64,000 nucleotides of DNA from a virus (Duplodnaviria; Caudoviricetes): IMG/VR virus record IMGVR_UViG_2934470325_000001, positions 32,001 through 96,000 of that record; one strand, given 5' to 3'. This document shows positions 44,681 through 53,447 of this stretch, one piece after another; position 1 is the stretch's first letter, and the number at the start of each line of letters is the position of its first letter. Below the pieces are notes generated by a model, which made no database searches, was not told the DNA's origin, and saw nothing but the letters and a program-made list of their open reading frames with translations. The position numbers and the translations under genes were made by a program.

Positions 44681-44944
44681 TCAGGCGGTGGGTCGGTTGA
44701 TCGGCGGAACGTACGAGGCGTCGAGGGCGGCAGACCGGCCCTCCTCGGTCAGCCACACCTGCACCGCACGCGGGGCGGGCGACGACTTCCACACGACCAG
44801 GCCGGCAACGTTGAGGGCGGCTACGGCGGTGCGGATGCTGGGCCGGGAGGGGAACGTCCAGCAGGGTTCGCCGAGGCGGTGGCGGGCGGCGAGGACTTCG
44901 AGGATCAGCCATTGGGTGGGTGGCAGGGTGTCGGTGTCGATCAC
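44681..44944 (-). CDS. Small winged-helix-like protein
   Basis: GAGGAGGA RBS; LPPTQWLILEVL...LNVAGLV...LTEEGR. Confidence 0.65.
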   Translation of the reverse strand: MIDTDTLPPTQWLILEVLAARHRLGEPCWTFPSRPSIRTAVAALNVAGLVVWKSSPAPRAVQVWLTEEGRSAALDASYVPPINRPTA

Positions 44945-44956
44945 GGGTGGTCCTCC

Positions 44957-45559
44957 TCAGGCGGGGATGAGTGGTTCGGGTGCGGTCGGACACAGCAGGC
45001 GTGCGAGGCCGGTGCGGGACGGCAGCGTGACCGTGCGGGCCTCCGGGTTGATGTGGATGACGGGCAGGCCGGCGCGGTGGGCTTTCGTCAGCGCCGAGTA
45101 GGTGCCGCCGTCGAGCTTCGACGGGCACCACACGGCCACCACGGCGTTGGAGGCGGCGAGCAGCCCGTCGTTGCGTTTGTGTAGCAGCCGCACCACCACC
45201 CGCTTCCGGGCGTGCTCGGCCAGTCCGGCGAGGTCCCCGTACACCACCTCACGGTCGGCGTGGGCGCGCAGCCGCTCCCATTCGGCGACAGCCTGCGGGT
45301 TGCTGCGCCGCCACGGGTCGGGCTGCTGCGGGAACGGAATGTGCGCGGCGTACGGCACTTCGGCCAGGTGCAGCGACTGCGCCCACCACATGTCCGCACC
45401 CAACGCCATGCCGGTGATGCCGGTGGTGAGGCCGTGGTGGTCGCGGAGTTTCACCGCGAGCCGGTCGAGTTCGCCGCGCACCCAGTCTTCGGTTCCGGCG
45501 GCCAGGTGTTGGGGGCGGTGGCCGGTCACCATCACCGACGGCCACACCGAGGCGGTCAC
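44957..45559 (-). CDS. SLOG-superfamily YspA/DUF1273-like protein
   Basis: VTGHRP, ITGMALGADMWWA, RNDGLL, VVAVW...GGTYSAL. Confidence 0.85.
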   Translation of the reverse strand: MTASVWPSVMVTGHRPQHLAAGTEDWVRGELDRLAVKLRDHHGLTTGITGMALGADMWWAQSLHLAEVPYAAHIPFPQQPDPWRRSNPQAVAEWERLRAHADREVVYGDLAGLAEHARKRVVVRLLHKRNDGLLAASNAVVAVWCPSKLDGGTYSALTKAHRAGLPVIHINPEARTVTLPSRTGLARLLCPTAPEPLIPA

Positions 45560-46599
45560 GGCAGGATCCCCCGCCGCCGCTGCTGCGCCTCCCACAGCAA
45601 GTCCCCGGCGACCGGAGAAAGCGATGTGCCCCCACCCGACAGGTCCCCGCCGATGCAGCCGCCCCCACGCCCCCGGTAGCCGCAGTCGAAACCCGGCCGC
45701 GCGTACGCGCCCTCGTTGCCGGCCAGTTCGACCCGGTTCCAGCAGGGCGTCTCCTGCCGGTACCCGGACGGCCCGTGCAGGCCAGTGCAGAACGGGCCGG
45801 CGGTGCATTCGATGCGCTGCTCGGCGGGCATGCCGTGCCGCTCGTGGATGAACGTGATCCCTGGACACGAGGCGATCCGGGGCACATCCGGGTTGTCGGC
45901 GAGCCTGCCGGCTCGCTCGTACTCTTCGGCCCCACCCCAGCAGGCGGCCCGACCGGCGTGGAACGTGGGCCCGGGCGCTCCCGGCACAAGCCGTGACTCC
46001 TCCGGGAAGGTCACCGTCTTCTGCCGGGTGGTGATCGGCTCAAGGCAGTGGGCGCACACCCCCGGCTGGGCGGTCGCCATCAGCCGGTCCATCTTCCTCA
46101 ACTGGTGTTGGGTGAGAACCGCCCGGTCGATCTCCTGGCACGGCCACGGATGCCCGTGGCACGAGCACGTTTGGTAGGGGTCCGGCAGGCGGTGCCACTG
46201 GTTGCGGTGCGGCCAAGACGTGAAGTGAATCTCGCGGGTGCCGTCGTGGAGCCTGATGAACCCGCGCTCCTCACCCGGCTTGATGATCAGCGGTCCGTTG
46301 TGGTGGCGCAGCACGAGGTGGAACGGCCGGTTACGGGCGTAGGCGAGGTCGCGCTTCTCGCCGGTCAGGGGGGCAACGGACGCATCGAGCTTCGCCTGCC
46401 GCTTGTCGGTCAGATCGACGTCGAGGTAGGGGCGGGTTTCGTGGACGAGCCACGCCGCGTATCGCCACGCCACCAAGTCGCCGACCTCGGGGCGGGTGCA
46501 GCCGTACGAGTCGCGGCGGTTGCTGCGCGCCGGGGCCCACTGGTCGGGGTCTTGTGCACCGTTGTTGTGCAGGCCGGGCAGGGGCAGTTCCTCGGTCAC
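45556..46599 (-). CDS. Cys/His-rich hypothetical protein
   Basis: CSCHGHPWPC, CAHC, several further Cys; GTGA overlaps. Confidence 0.7.
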   Translation of the reverse strand: MTEELPLPGLHNNGAQDPDQWAPARSNRRDSYGCTRPEVGDLVAWRYAAWLVHETRPYLDVDLTDKRQAKLDASVAPLTGEKRDLAYARNRPFHLVLRHHNGPLIIKPGEERGFIRLHDGTREIHFTSWPHRNQWHRLPDPYQTCSCHGHPWPCQEIDRAVLTQHQLRKMDRLMATAQPGVCAHCLEPITTRQKTVTFPEESRLVPGAPGPTFHAGRAACWGGAEEYERAGRLADNPDVPRIASCPGITFIHERHGMPAEQRIECTAGPFCTGLHGPSGYRQETPCWNRVELAGNEGAYARPGFDCGYRGRGGGCIGGDLSGGGTSLSPVAGDLLWEAQQRRRGILP

Positions 46600-46865
46600 G
46601 ACGTCGCCTCCCCGGCGTACCACTCCATCGCGCGGCGGGCGGCCTCGCCACGGCGTACCGCCCTTCCAAGCACCTGCCGCACAGCAGCCAGCAGTTCCCC
46701 GTACTCGGGGTCCGTGTCATCGGTGGGCACCAGCAGCGACCCGCGCAGCTCAGCCGAACCGGGCCAGCCCATCCGCGTGTAGCCGCGACCGTGGCCGGCA
46801 GTCGTGAACCCGGCGGCGGTCAGGGCGGCAACCAGGCGGGTGCCCTCGTTCTCCGGGGCGCTCAC
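46596..46865 (-). CDS. Small hypothetical protein
   Basis: GGAGGG RBS, GTGA overlap; LVAALTAAGF...SLLVP. Confidence 0.6.
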   Translation of the reverse strand: MSAPENEGTRLVAALTAAGFTTAGHGRGYTRMGWPGSAELRGSLLVPTDDTDPEYGELLAAVRQVLGRAVRRGEAARRAMEWYAGEATS

Positions 46866-47452
46866 GCGGCGGCCCTCCGCTCCGCCACGACACCCATGCC
46901 GACGGCACACGCCTCGCACCGGGGAACCCCGAACCGGTCCCGGCCGCCGCCCGACGGGCGCATGCACGACACGCACACCCCCAGCAGCGGCAGCGGCGAG
47001 AGAAACACGGCGTGCTCCCGCATCACCCACGCGAACGCCTCCGCGAAACTCATCCGGGACGGCAGCGGCGTGTACGGGGACCGCCACGGCGACGACGGCG
47101 TGCAGTACAACGGACGCCACCCGTACGCCATCAGGAACGCGCGCCGGCCCTCCCGTCGCACACCCCGGGCAACCAGGCTGGCAGGCGTGCCCTCGGTCAG
47201 CCGGGCGTGGACGGCGCGGGCCGCGTCGGCGGCGTGGTCGGCATCGGCGAGACGGGCGGCGCTGATCCGGGTGGCGTCGGCGACCCTGCGCGGGTGGGCG
47301 GAGACACTCCGCGCGCCGTCCAGGCACGACCGGCGGGATGCCGCCCCGCACGTCAGGCAGGAGATGTCGGAGGCGCGCACGGCGGGGTACGCGGTCAGGT
47401 GGAGGGTGCGCGTGTGATCGGCGTACTGGTCGGCGGTGATCGTGTCGCTCAT
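46862..47452 (-). CDS. Zn-finger hypothetical protein
   Basis: CLTCGA..RSC...HPRR and CVSC..CEAC; GGAGG RBS. Confidence 0.65.
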   Translation of the reverse strand: MSDTITADQYADHTRTLHLTAYPAVRASDISCLTCGAASRRSCLDGARSVSAHPRRVADATRISAARLADADHAADAARAVHARLTEGTPASLVARGVRREGRRAFLMAYGWRPLYCTPSSPWRSPYTPLPSRMSFAEAFAWVMREHAVFLSPLPLLGVCVSCMRPSGGGRDRFGVPRCEACAVGMGVVAERRAAA

Positions 47453-47649
47453 GCGGCAGCCTCCATCCGGACGGTCTGGGCAGGTGTCAGCGGCGGGCAA
47501 TCCTGCGGGTCGTGCCCGCACACACCCGGCACCAGGACGGTGATCCCGTCACGGGCAGCCGTCACACGGCCATCCGGGCGGAAGATCACCTCGTAGTCGT
47601 GGCGGGCCAGGAAGTCGCCCGCAAGCCACACTCCACATGCGGTGGTCAT
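47449..47649 (-). CDS. Small hypothetical protein
   Basis: Coupled at both ends. Confidence 0.55.
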   Translation of the reverse strand: MTTACGVWLAGDFLARHDYEVIFRPDGRVTAARDGITVLVPGVCGHDPQDCPPLTPAQTVRMEAAA

Positions 47650-48059
47650 CACGCGACCCCTGTCGCTTCCCGCGCCGACCCGTGCTCCTGCGCCACCCGG
47701 TGCAGAAGACCCATCCAGTTCGTCGCGTTGAACCAGTTCTTCTCGTACAGGTGGGCCGTCCACTTCACCAGTGCGTAGATCGTTTGGCACTGCCGCAGGT
47801 CAATCGAGTAGCAGCCGCAGCAGTTGTGCACGCAGCCGGCGCAATGCACCTGCCAGCGGGCCGGCTGCGGCATCAGCATCAGGCTCGCCAGGGACACCAT
47901 CTCGGCGTCCCGGCTGCGGCCCTGCTCGTAGTCGGAGAACGACTTCTCGGCGGCGCTCACCGTCTGCAAGTCGATGTGGATGCACCCGGTGGTGGTTACG
48001 GCGCGACAGGTGTCGCACCGCCACGTGATCCGTCCGGGCAGGTCGTCTGAGGGGTTCAT
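47649..48059 (-). CDS. Cys-rich hypothetical protein downstream of DnaB
   Basis: WRCDTC, WQVHCAGC, WTAHLYEKNW. Confidence 0.7.
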   Translation of the reverse strand: MNPSDDLPGRITWRCDTCRAVTTTGCIHIDLQTVSAAEKSFSDYEQGRSRDAEMVSLASLMLMPQPARWQVHCAGCVHNCCGCYSIDLRQCQTIYALVKWTAHLYEKNWFNATNWMGLLHRVAQEHGSAREATGVA

Positions 48060-48061
48060 GG

Positions 48062-49426
48062 TCACTTCCCGTCCCACTGGGCCATAGACACGAAACGGTT
48101 CAGGTGCAGTTGGGCGGCGACTTCGATGCTGCCGCGAGCCCCACCACGGTTCTTCTCGACGATCAGATCGGCCTCGCCGATCCGCTTCGTCTTGTCGAAC
48201 TGCTCCTCCCGGTGCACGAAGATCACCACGTCGGCGTGGGCTTCGATGCCGCCGGACTCCTTCAAGTCGGTGAGCACAGGCCGCTTGTCGGCGCGCTGCG
48301 CGTAGTTGCGGTTCATCTGTGCGAGCAGCACCACCGGCAGGTCCAGTTCACCGGCGAGGTTCTTCGCCGACCGGGCCAGCTCGTCGATCTGCTGGTTGCG
48401 GGGTGCCCCGCTGCGGGTTTCGATCAGCCCGACGTAGTCGATGACGACCAGGCCGAGGTCGTGCTGCTGCTTCAACCGGCGGGCACGCACCCGAATGTCG
48501 GCCATCGTGATCCCCTTGGTCTCGTCGATCCAGAGGGGGGCTTCGCCGGTGTCACCGACCATGCGTGCGATGGCCGTCCAGTCCCGGTCGTCGAGCGTCC
48601 CGTCGGCGATCTTGTCGGAGGGCACCTGCGCCTCCGCGCACACCAGCCGGTTGAACAGTTCCTGCTTCGTCATCTCCAGCGACCACACGCCGGTCGGAAC
48701 CTTGTGGTGGAACGCGGCCGACCGGACGAAATCTCCCGCGCCGAGCGTTGACTTGCCGCCGCCCGGGATGCCGGCCACCACGTACAGGCGCTGCTTCTGC
48801 AACCCGTGGATCAGCCTGTCCAGATCCGGGAGGCCGGTGGGGATGCCCGGGGGGCCGGCCCCTTCTTCGCAGGCCCGGTCGATGGCGTCGAGGGCCGGTT
48901 CGATGATGTCCTTCCACCGTTCCGGGCCGCCCTGCCCGACCACCCGCAACCCCAGGTCGGAGATCATGTTGCGGGCCCGCTCCAACAGGTCAGCGGGGGT
49001 GCCGCCGCCGCCGGAACGCATCGTCGACCGGATGTCCGCCAGCGACGTGTCCAAGTCCCGCAGCAGCGCCTTGTCGGCGACCGTACGCGCGTAGTGGACT
49101 GCCTGCGCGGTGGAGGCGATACCCCCGACCACAGCCACCAGCTTGTGCAGGTAAAGGGCCCCATCGGGGTCCGGCAGTTGGTGCAGCTTCCCTTCGTCGG
49201 CGAGATACCCGGCGACACTGATCGGGTCAGTCTTTCCGCCCGACTCCCGTAGGCGACTGATCGCCGAGAAGATCACCGGGTGGGCCGGCTTGTGAAACGA
49301 CCGCGCAGACAGGAACGCCTCCACCTCGCCGATGATCAGCGGGTCGAGCAGCATCGCCCCCAACACGGCCTGCTCGGCGGGGTGGTCGTAGAAGACGGTC
49401 ACCTCAGCGGCGCGATCGTCGGTCAC
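48062..49426 (-). CDS. dnaB: Replicative DNA helicase
   Basis: AEQAVLGAML, GIPTGLPDLD, Walker A GIPGGGKST, SLEM, VVIDY, LAQMNR, DLKESGGIE, KNRGG. Confidence 0.95.
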   Translation of the reverse strand: MTDDRAAEVTVFYDHPAEQAVLGAMLLDPLIIGEVEAFLSARSFHKPAHPVIFSAISRLRESGGKTDPISVAGYLADEGKLHQLPDPDGALYLHKLVAVVGGIASTAQAVHYARTVADKALLRDLDTSLADIRSTMRSGGGGTPADLLERARNMISDLGLRVVGQGGPERWKDIIEPALDAIDRACEEGAGPPGIPTGLPDLDRLIHGLQKQRLYVVAGIPGGGKSTLGAGDFVRSAAFHHKVPTGVWSLEMTKQELFNRLVCAEAQVPSDKIADGTLDDRDWTAIARMVGDTGEAPLWIDETKGITMADIRVRARRLKQQHDLGLVVIDYVGLIETRSGAPRNQQIDELARSAKNLAGELDLPVVLLAQMNRNYAQRADKRPVLTDLKESGGIEAHADVVIFVHREEQFDKTKRIGEADLIVEKNRGGARGSIEVAAQLHLNRFVSMAQWDGK

Positions 49427-50094
49427 TGCTGGCCTTCCTCACGACGCCGGTCGGTGCCCTTCAACGCCACCTGCACGTTCGTTGACAGGCGGGACACGAC
49501 CCGCTCGTCCGCGTTGGCGCGCAACGAGCCGGCGTCCAGGTTGGTGGTGGTGATCGTCGGTAACTGCCGTGCCCACCGGGTGTCCACCAGCCGATACAGG
49601 GTGTCCTCGGTCCAGTCCGACGACTTGCCTGCGCCCAGGTCGTCGAAGACGAGCAGATCAACGGTTTGGAAGTCCTCCAACGCGCGCAGGTGTCGGTCGT
49701 CCGGCTGGGGGCGCATGGCCGCGTTGAACTCGGGGTGGCTGGTCACCGCGTAGGTGATGCGCCGGCACCTCTTGGCGCACTCCAACGCCACCCGCCGCAG
49801 CGCCCCGAACGCCTGATGCGACTTGCCGGTGCCGACGGGGCCGAGCAGCAGCAGGCCGGGGCAGGTTTTCGGGTCGGCGAGGTAGCGGCCGATCCACTGC
49901 CGCACCTCCGGCACATCGGGTTCGGCGTGCCGGAACCGTGGCGGCAGGATCAGGTCGAGGGTGGCGTTGGCCTGGTCGGTGAGGTGGTCGGCGAGGTTGA
50001 ACGGTGCCGGTGGGGGCGCGATGGTCGGGTCGATGCCGCGTCGGGCGAGCACGTCGCGGGCGACGGCACCGAGGTCGGTGGTGCGGATGTCCAC
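49423..50094 (-). CDS. DnaC/IstB-like helicase loader ATPase
   Basis: GLLLLGPVGTGKSH, LLVFDDLGA, ITTTNL, RVVSRL; AAAGGAGG RBS. Confidence 0.9.
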   Translation of the reverse strand: MDIRTTDLGAVARDVLARRGIDPTIAPPPAPFNLADHLTDQANATLDLILPPRFRHAEPDVPEVRQWIGRYLADPKTCPGLLLLGPVGTGKSHQAFGALRRVALECAKRCRRITYAVTSHPEFNAAMRPQPDDRHLRALEDFQTVDLLVFDDLGAGKSSDWTEDTLYRLVDTRWARQLPTITTTNLDAGSLRANADERVVSRLSTNVQVALKGTDRRREEGQQ

Positions 50095-50105
50095 TGGCCC
50101 TCCTT

Positions 50106-51071
50106 TCACAGTTTCACGTCGTAGCGGTCTTGGTTTTCGTGGCTGTTGCGCAGGATGCGGGGGTTGCTGGCACGCATCCCGCCGTTGAGGCGGCCCTGCT
50201 GGTCGCGTTCTTCTTCGGCTTCCATGCGCAGCCGCAGTTGATCGAACTTCGCGCGGAGCTTGGGAATCGAGAGAACGTTTCCCCGCCAGAACGGGTTGGT
50301 CTGCGAGAAGCGGATGACCCGGCGAATGTCTTCGAGGCTGCGCCCGTCGAGGTCGATCATCCGTCGGGCTTCAGCGCGCCATTCGTCGTTGATGGTCGGC
50401 CGCTTGCACTTGTTTTTGACGATCCATTCGGCGAGGTAGTTGCAGACTCGGTCGACGTCTTCCCGGTACGGCTCGGCCTTCTTCGGCTTCGTTGCCCGCT
50501 TCTTCGGCTTGGTCGTTGCCTCCCCGTCGAGGGGAGGGGTGAAGGTTGGGTTGGTTGTAGAACTCTCCGTAGGAGAGTTCATAAAGAGGAGGGGCACGTC
50601 TGGCGTATCGCCTAGCGGCATGCTCCCGTATCGCCTAGCGGCATGCTCCGTATCGCCTAGCGGCATGACAGGCTCGGTCACCCGTGCCGCCTGGCGATAC
50701 GCTCCATCGCCGTCCATCGCTTCGCGGGGGGCGGGGATCAACGCCTCGGGGCTGTCCTTCACAGCTCGCTTGCGCGGCGCTCGACGCGCGTTCGGATCGC
50801 CCACGAAAAGCGCGTAACCCGTCTTCGACTCGCCCTCAACAATCAGCTTGCTGACCCAGCCCGCGTCAGTCAGAGCGCGCATCCATTCGACCAGCGTGGA
50901 TCGGGAGGCGCTCGTAATCTGCTCCAGCTCCGTGTAGGTCGGGGCGTGTTTTGGTGGAATCTCGGCGGTGCTGGTGTCGGTCAGCGACAGCAGCAGCATG
51001 AGGATGCCCTTGCCGGTGATGTCGATGCGCGACGCCCTCACGGCCTTCTCCACCTCCCACCGTGTGGTCAC
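50106..51071 (-). CDS. Phage replication initiator (N-terminal winged HTH)
   Basis: PTYTELEQITSASRSTL HTH; C-terminal FWRGNVLSIPKLRAKFDQL; upstream of loader and DnaB; AGGAGG RBS. Confidence 0.85.
   Translation of the reverse strand: MTTRWEVEKAVRASRIDITGKGILMLLLSLTDTSTAEIPPKHAPTYTELEQITSASRSTLVEWMRALTDAGWVSKLIVEGESKTGYALFVGDPNARRAPRKRAVKDSPEALIPAPREAMDGDGAYRQAARVTEPVMPLGDTEHAARRYGSMPLGDTPDVPLLFMNSPTESSTTNPTFTPPLDGEATTKPKKRATKPKKAEPYREDVDRVCNYLAEWIVKNKCKRPTINDEWRAEARRMIDLDGRSLEDIRRVIRFSQTNPFWRGNVLSIPKLRAKFDQLRLRMEAEEERDQQGRLNGGMRASNPRILRNSHENQDRYDVKL
50604..50701. repeat. Iterons: probable phage replication origin inside the initiator gene
   Basis: CGTATCGCCTAGCGGCATG exact at 50604, 50627, 50649; inverted near-copy at 50684-50701. 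Confidence 0.85.
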
Positions 51072-51104
51072 AGGGGTGCCTCCTGGTTGCCTCGCGTTCG
51101 GTGC

Positions 51105-51139
51105 TGTACACACTGTACACTCTGAGCAGAAGTTACCGT
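51105..51139. promoter_or_regulatory. Divergent control region with tandem TGTACA palindromes
   Basis: TGTACA at 51105 and 51114; TACCGT -10 at 51134 six nt before ATG 51146; TACAGT -10-like on minus strand. Confidence 0.65.
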
Positions 51140-51145
51140 AAGGGC

Positions 51146-51370
51146 ATGCAGGGGAGCGAGCGCATGGGAATCGTGGAGTTCCGAGAGAAGGTCGGGAAGC
51201 GGGTGGACGCTGCCCACTACCTGGAAGAAGTCACGTTCGTGACCAAGGGCAAGCCGGGTGAGCTGCGTGCCGTGCTGATCCCGCCGAAGTACTACGAGGC
51301 GTTGGAGCGGGCCCTTGCTGAGCAGGGGATCACCCTCCCGAGCGCCACCATGCAGGTAGGCGACGAGTGA
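51146..51370 (+). CDS. Orphan Phd/YefM-like DNA-binding protein
   Basis: MGIVEFREKVGKRVD...VTFVTK...AVLIPPKYYEAL fits the Phd/YefM N-terminal fold. Confidence 0.75.
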   Translation: MQGSERMGIVEFREKVGKRVDAAHYLEEVTFVTKGKPGELRAVLIPPKYYEALERALAEQGITLPSATMQVGDE

Positions 51371-51394
51371 GCCCGTAGCCATCGCCGAACCGCC

Positions 51395-51425
51395 GAGCCC
51401 GTCGCCCCCGCAGCGTCGGGCTTTC
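51395..51425. terminator. Hairpin between convergent genes
   Basis: AGCCCGTCGC / GCGTCGGGCT followed by TTC. Confidence 0.6.
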
Positions 51426-51438
51426 GTGCTGCCCGCCC

Positions 51439-51621
51439 TCACCGCACACCCCCGCGCCGCTTCACCACAGTCCGGTTGTGCCAATGCCCCGCACACAGGT
51501 ACGGCTCCAACCGGTCGAAGTCGTGGCGCAGGTTGCCGACCTTCCCGGCAGCCAGGGCAGCGGCGATGCGGTCCCGGTAGCGGATCTTCCGGGGTGTCGG
51601 GCACACCCGAGGGGCGCTCAC
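51439..51621 (-). CDS. Small C2H/His metal-binding protein
   Basis: CPTPRKIRY..PYLCAGHWH; GTGA overlap. Confidence 0.6.
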   Translation of the reverse strand: MSAPRVCPTPRKIRYRDRIAAALAAGKVGNLRHDFDRLEPYLCAGHWHNRTVVKRRGGVR

Positions 51622-52262
51622 GCCGCCACCCGCTTCGACCGTCCCCGCGCTGTGCCGTTGCGGCGACGAACCGCCTGCATGATCCGGTGTCCCTCCGTGC
51701 GGCTGCCGGCCCGCTCGTTCAACCACACCCGCGACGGGGTTTCACCCTCATGCCACAGGCGGAAAAATCGGCGGCGCACCTCTTTCATGCGGGAGGTGAC
51801 CGTCCGGTAGGGGACACCAAGAAGGTTGGCGGCGGCTTGAGGGCTGCGCCCGGCGGCCATCGCAGCCACGGTCGCCTGCTGCCGTGCGGTGAGGGCGGCG
51901 AGGATCTGTCGGGTGGCGTGCCGTTCCACCACGGACGTTTCGGGGCTTGGTGTGGTGCGGGCCGCCCACTGCCAGTACATGACGTAGCGGGGTGTCTGCG
52001 AGTGCTGTCCGATGTTCCGGTCGGGAAGCCCGTGGGAGCGTCGGATGGCTGCTTCTTCGCGGAGGATGGCGCTGCGGCCGGCGGTGACAAGGTCGTGGCG
52101 GGCGGGCGGGTTGGTGGTCGTGTAGAGGTGTTCGGCGATGGCGGACCAGGCGGTGTCGTAGCGTTCGTGGAAGTCGGCGGCGCGGGCTCCGACGCCGAGG
52201 GCTGCGTCTCGGGCTGCCGTGTTGATGTCGGCGAGGGTCCAGCCGTGGCGGAGGGCGGTCAT
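51618..52262 (-). CDS. Sigma-70 region 4 / LuxR-like HTH protein
   Basis: ALTARQQATV..GRSPQAAANLLGVPYRTVTSRM. Confidence 0.7.
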   Translation of the reverse strand: MTALRHGWTLADINTAARDAALGVGARAADFHERYDTAWSAIAEHLYTTTNPPARHDLVTAGRSAILREEAAIRRSHGLPDRNIGQHSQTPRYVMYWQWAARTTPSPETSVVERHATRQILAALTARQQATVAAMAAGRSPQAAANLLGVPYRTVTSRMKEVRRRFFRLWHEGETPSRVWLNERAGSRTEGHRIMQAVRRRNGTARGRSKRVAA

Positions 52263-53377
52263 GCTGCGATCCCGTCGAACAGGTCGAGCTGCTGCGGGGC
52301 GGCGAGGCAGAGCGCGGCCGGCGAGGCGGCTGTGGGCCGGGTGTGGTCCCAGTCGTCACCGGTGAAACTGGCCCCGGGCAGGTCGGCGAGGTGCGGGTGG
52401 GTGCTGGCGTAGGTGGCGCGGTCGACCTTGCCGAGGAGCAGACTGTCGGCCACCCCGACGCGGGGGATCAGGTCGCGGGGAATCGTGTCCAACCGCAGCG
52501 GGCCGGTGGCGTAGCCGGCTTGGTGGGCGAGATGGGCGGCATAGACGGTGCAGCGGAGGCGTGCGACGGCGGCGGTGAGCGGGTCGATCTCGATGCCGTC
52601 CACGGACGCGACGACCCGGGGTAGGGCGTGCTGCGGGTCGATGCGGGTGCCGCCGGTCGCGGCCGGGCCCCCGACGGCTTGCCGGGGCCGGAGGGTGCCG
52701 GTGGTGTACCACTCCCACAGGTAGTCCATGGCGCGGATGAGCATGTGGCCGGTGCCGGCGGTGGGGTCGATGGTGCGGATCAACCGCTGGGTGCGGAACT
52801 CGGCGCAGGCGGGGATGAGGGTCCGGTCGAGCAGGAAGTCGCAGATCCACCACGGCGTCTGGGCGAGCGCGAACCCTTTGCGCCGCTCGTCGGTGATCGT
52901 CTGAAGGAGGTCGCCGATGAGCCAGCCGCTGATCGACGGCGGCTCGGCTGTCACCTCGTAGGCGAGGCTGGGTGCGTCGGCGGCCCACCAGTCGGCGAGT
53001 GCCTGCACCGCGTCATCTGACGGTGTGCCCTCGTGGAGGTCCGTGTTGTAGGCGGGGTGCATCAGCCACTGGGTGGCCGGGTGCACGGTGAGGTTGCCCA
53101 TGGCCTGGGCGAGGGCGACGACGGGCCGGGCGGTGCCGGTGGTGTAGCGGGCGGGCACATCGCGCAGGCCGGCGTGGAGGGTCACGTCGATCAGGTGGTG
53201 GTCTTCGGCCCAGGCGACGATCGCGGACAGGTACACCCAGGCGGCGGCGATGCGCTGCCGGCGCTGGTGCCCGTCGTGGGTTCGAGGGCCGGGAATGCTG
53301 TCGGCGAGCCGGTCGGTGTGGCGGTGCAGCGCCTTGACGAGGGGGTTGACGAAGGTGCGGTCGTCGACTGGGTTCAT
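52259..53377 (-). CDS. PglX-like (BREX-2/Pgl) methyltransferase N-terminal half, lacking the NPPY motif
   Basis: IGDLLQ..RRKGFALAQTPWWICDFLLDRTL, IDPTAGTGHML (SAM motif I), VDGIEIDP..AVARLR, VADSL; ends QLDLF; GGAGG RBS. Confidence 0.7.
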   Translation of the reverse strand: MNPVDDRTFVNPLVKALHRHTDRLADSIPGPRTHDGHQRRQRIAAAWVYLSAIVAWAEDHHLIDVTLHAGLRDVPARYTTGTARPVVALAQAMGNLTVHPATQWLMHPAYNTDLHEGTPSDDAVQALADWWAADAPSLAYEVTAEPPSISGWLIGDLLQTITDERRKGFALAQTPWWICDFLLDRTLIPACAEFRTQRLIRTIDPTAGTGHMLIRAMDYLWEWYTTGTLRPRQAVGGPAATGGTRIDPQHALPRVVASVDGIEIDPLTAAVARLRCTVYAAHLAHQAGYATGPLRLDTIPRDLIPRVGVADSLLLGKVDRATYASTHPHLADLPGASFTGDDWDHTRPTAASPAALCLAAPQQLDLFDGIAA

Positions 53378-53405
53378 GGTGACCTCCGTCGGTGTAAGGG
53401 GTGGG

Positions 53406-53437
53406 GGTGCGGTCCGTCCACGACGGCGGACCGCACC
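53406..53437 (-). terminator. Hairpin upstream of PglX-like gene
   Basis: GGTGCGGTCCG / CGGACCGCACC. Confidence 0.55.
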
Positions 53438-53447
53438 CGTGACAAAG

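Noticed and set aside
50604-50701. Possible mini-CRISPR array
   Set aside because: Repeats are separated by only 3-4 nt, lie in a coding gene and no cas genes are present; better explained as iterons.
51439-51621. Toxin partner for the Phd-like gene
   Set aside because: Convergent orientation, coupled to the upstream phage operon, and no RelE, Doc or PIN motif.
52259-53377. Active orphan DNA methyltransferase or frameshifted pseudogene
   Set aside because: No NPPY/DPPY motif in the ORF or noticed just downstream; clean stop-start coupling with the next gene argues against a broken gene.
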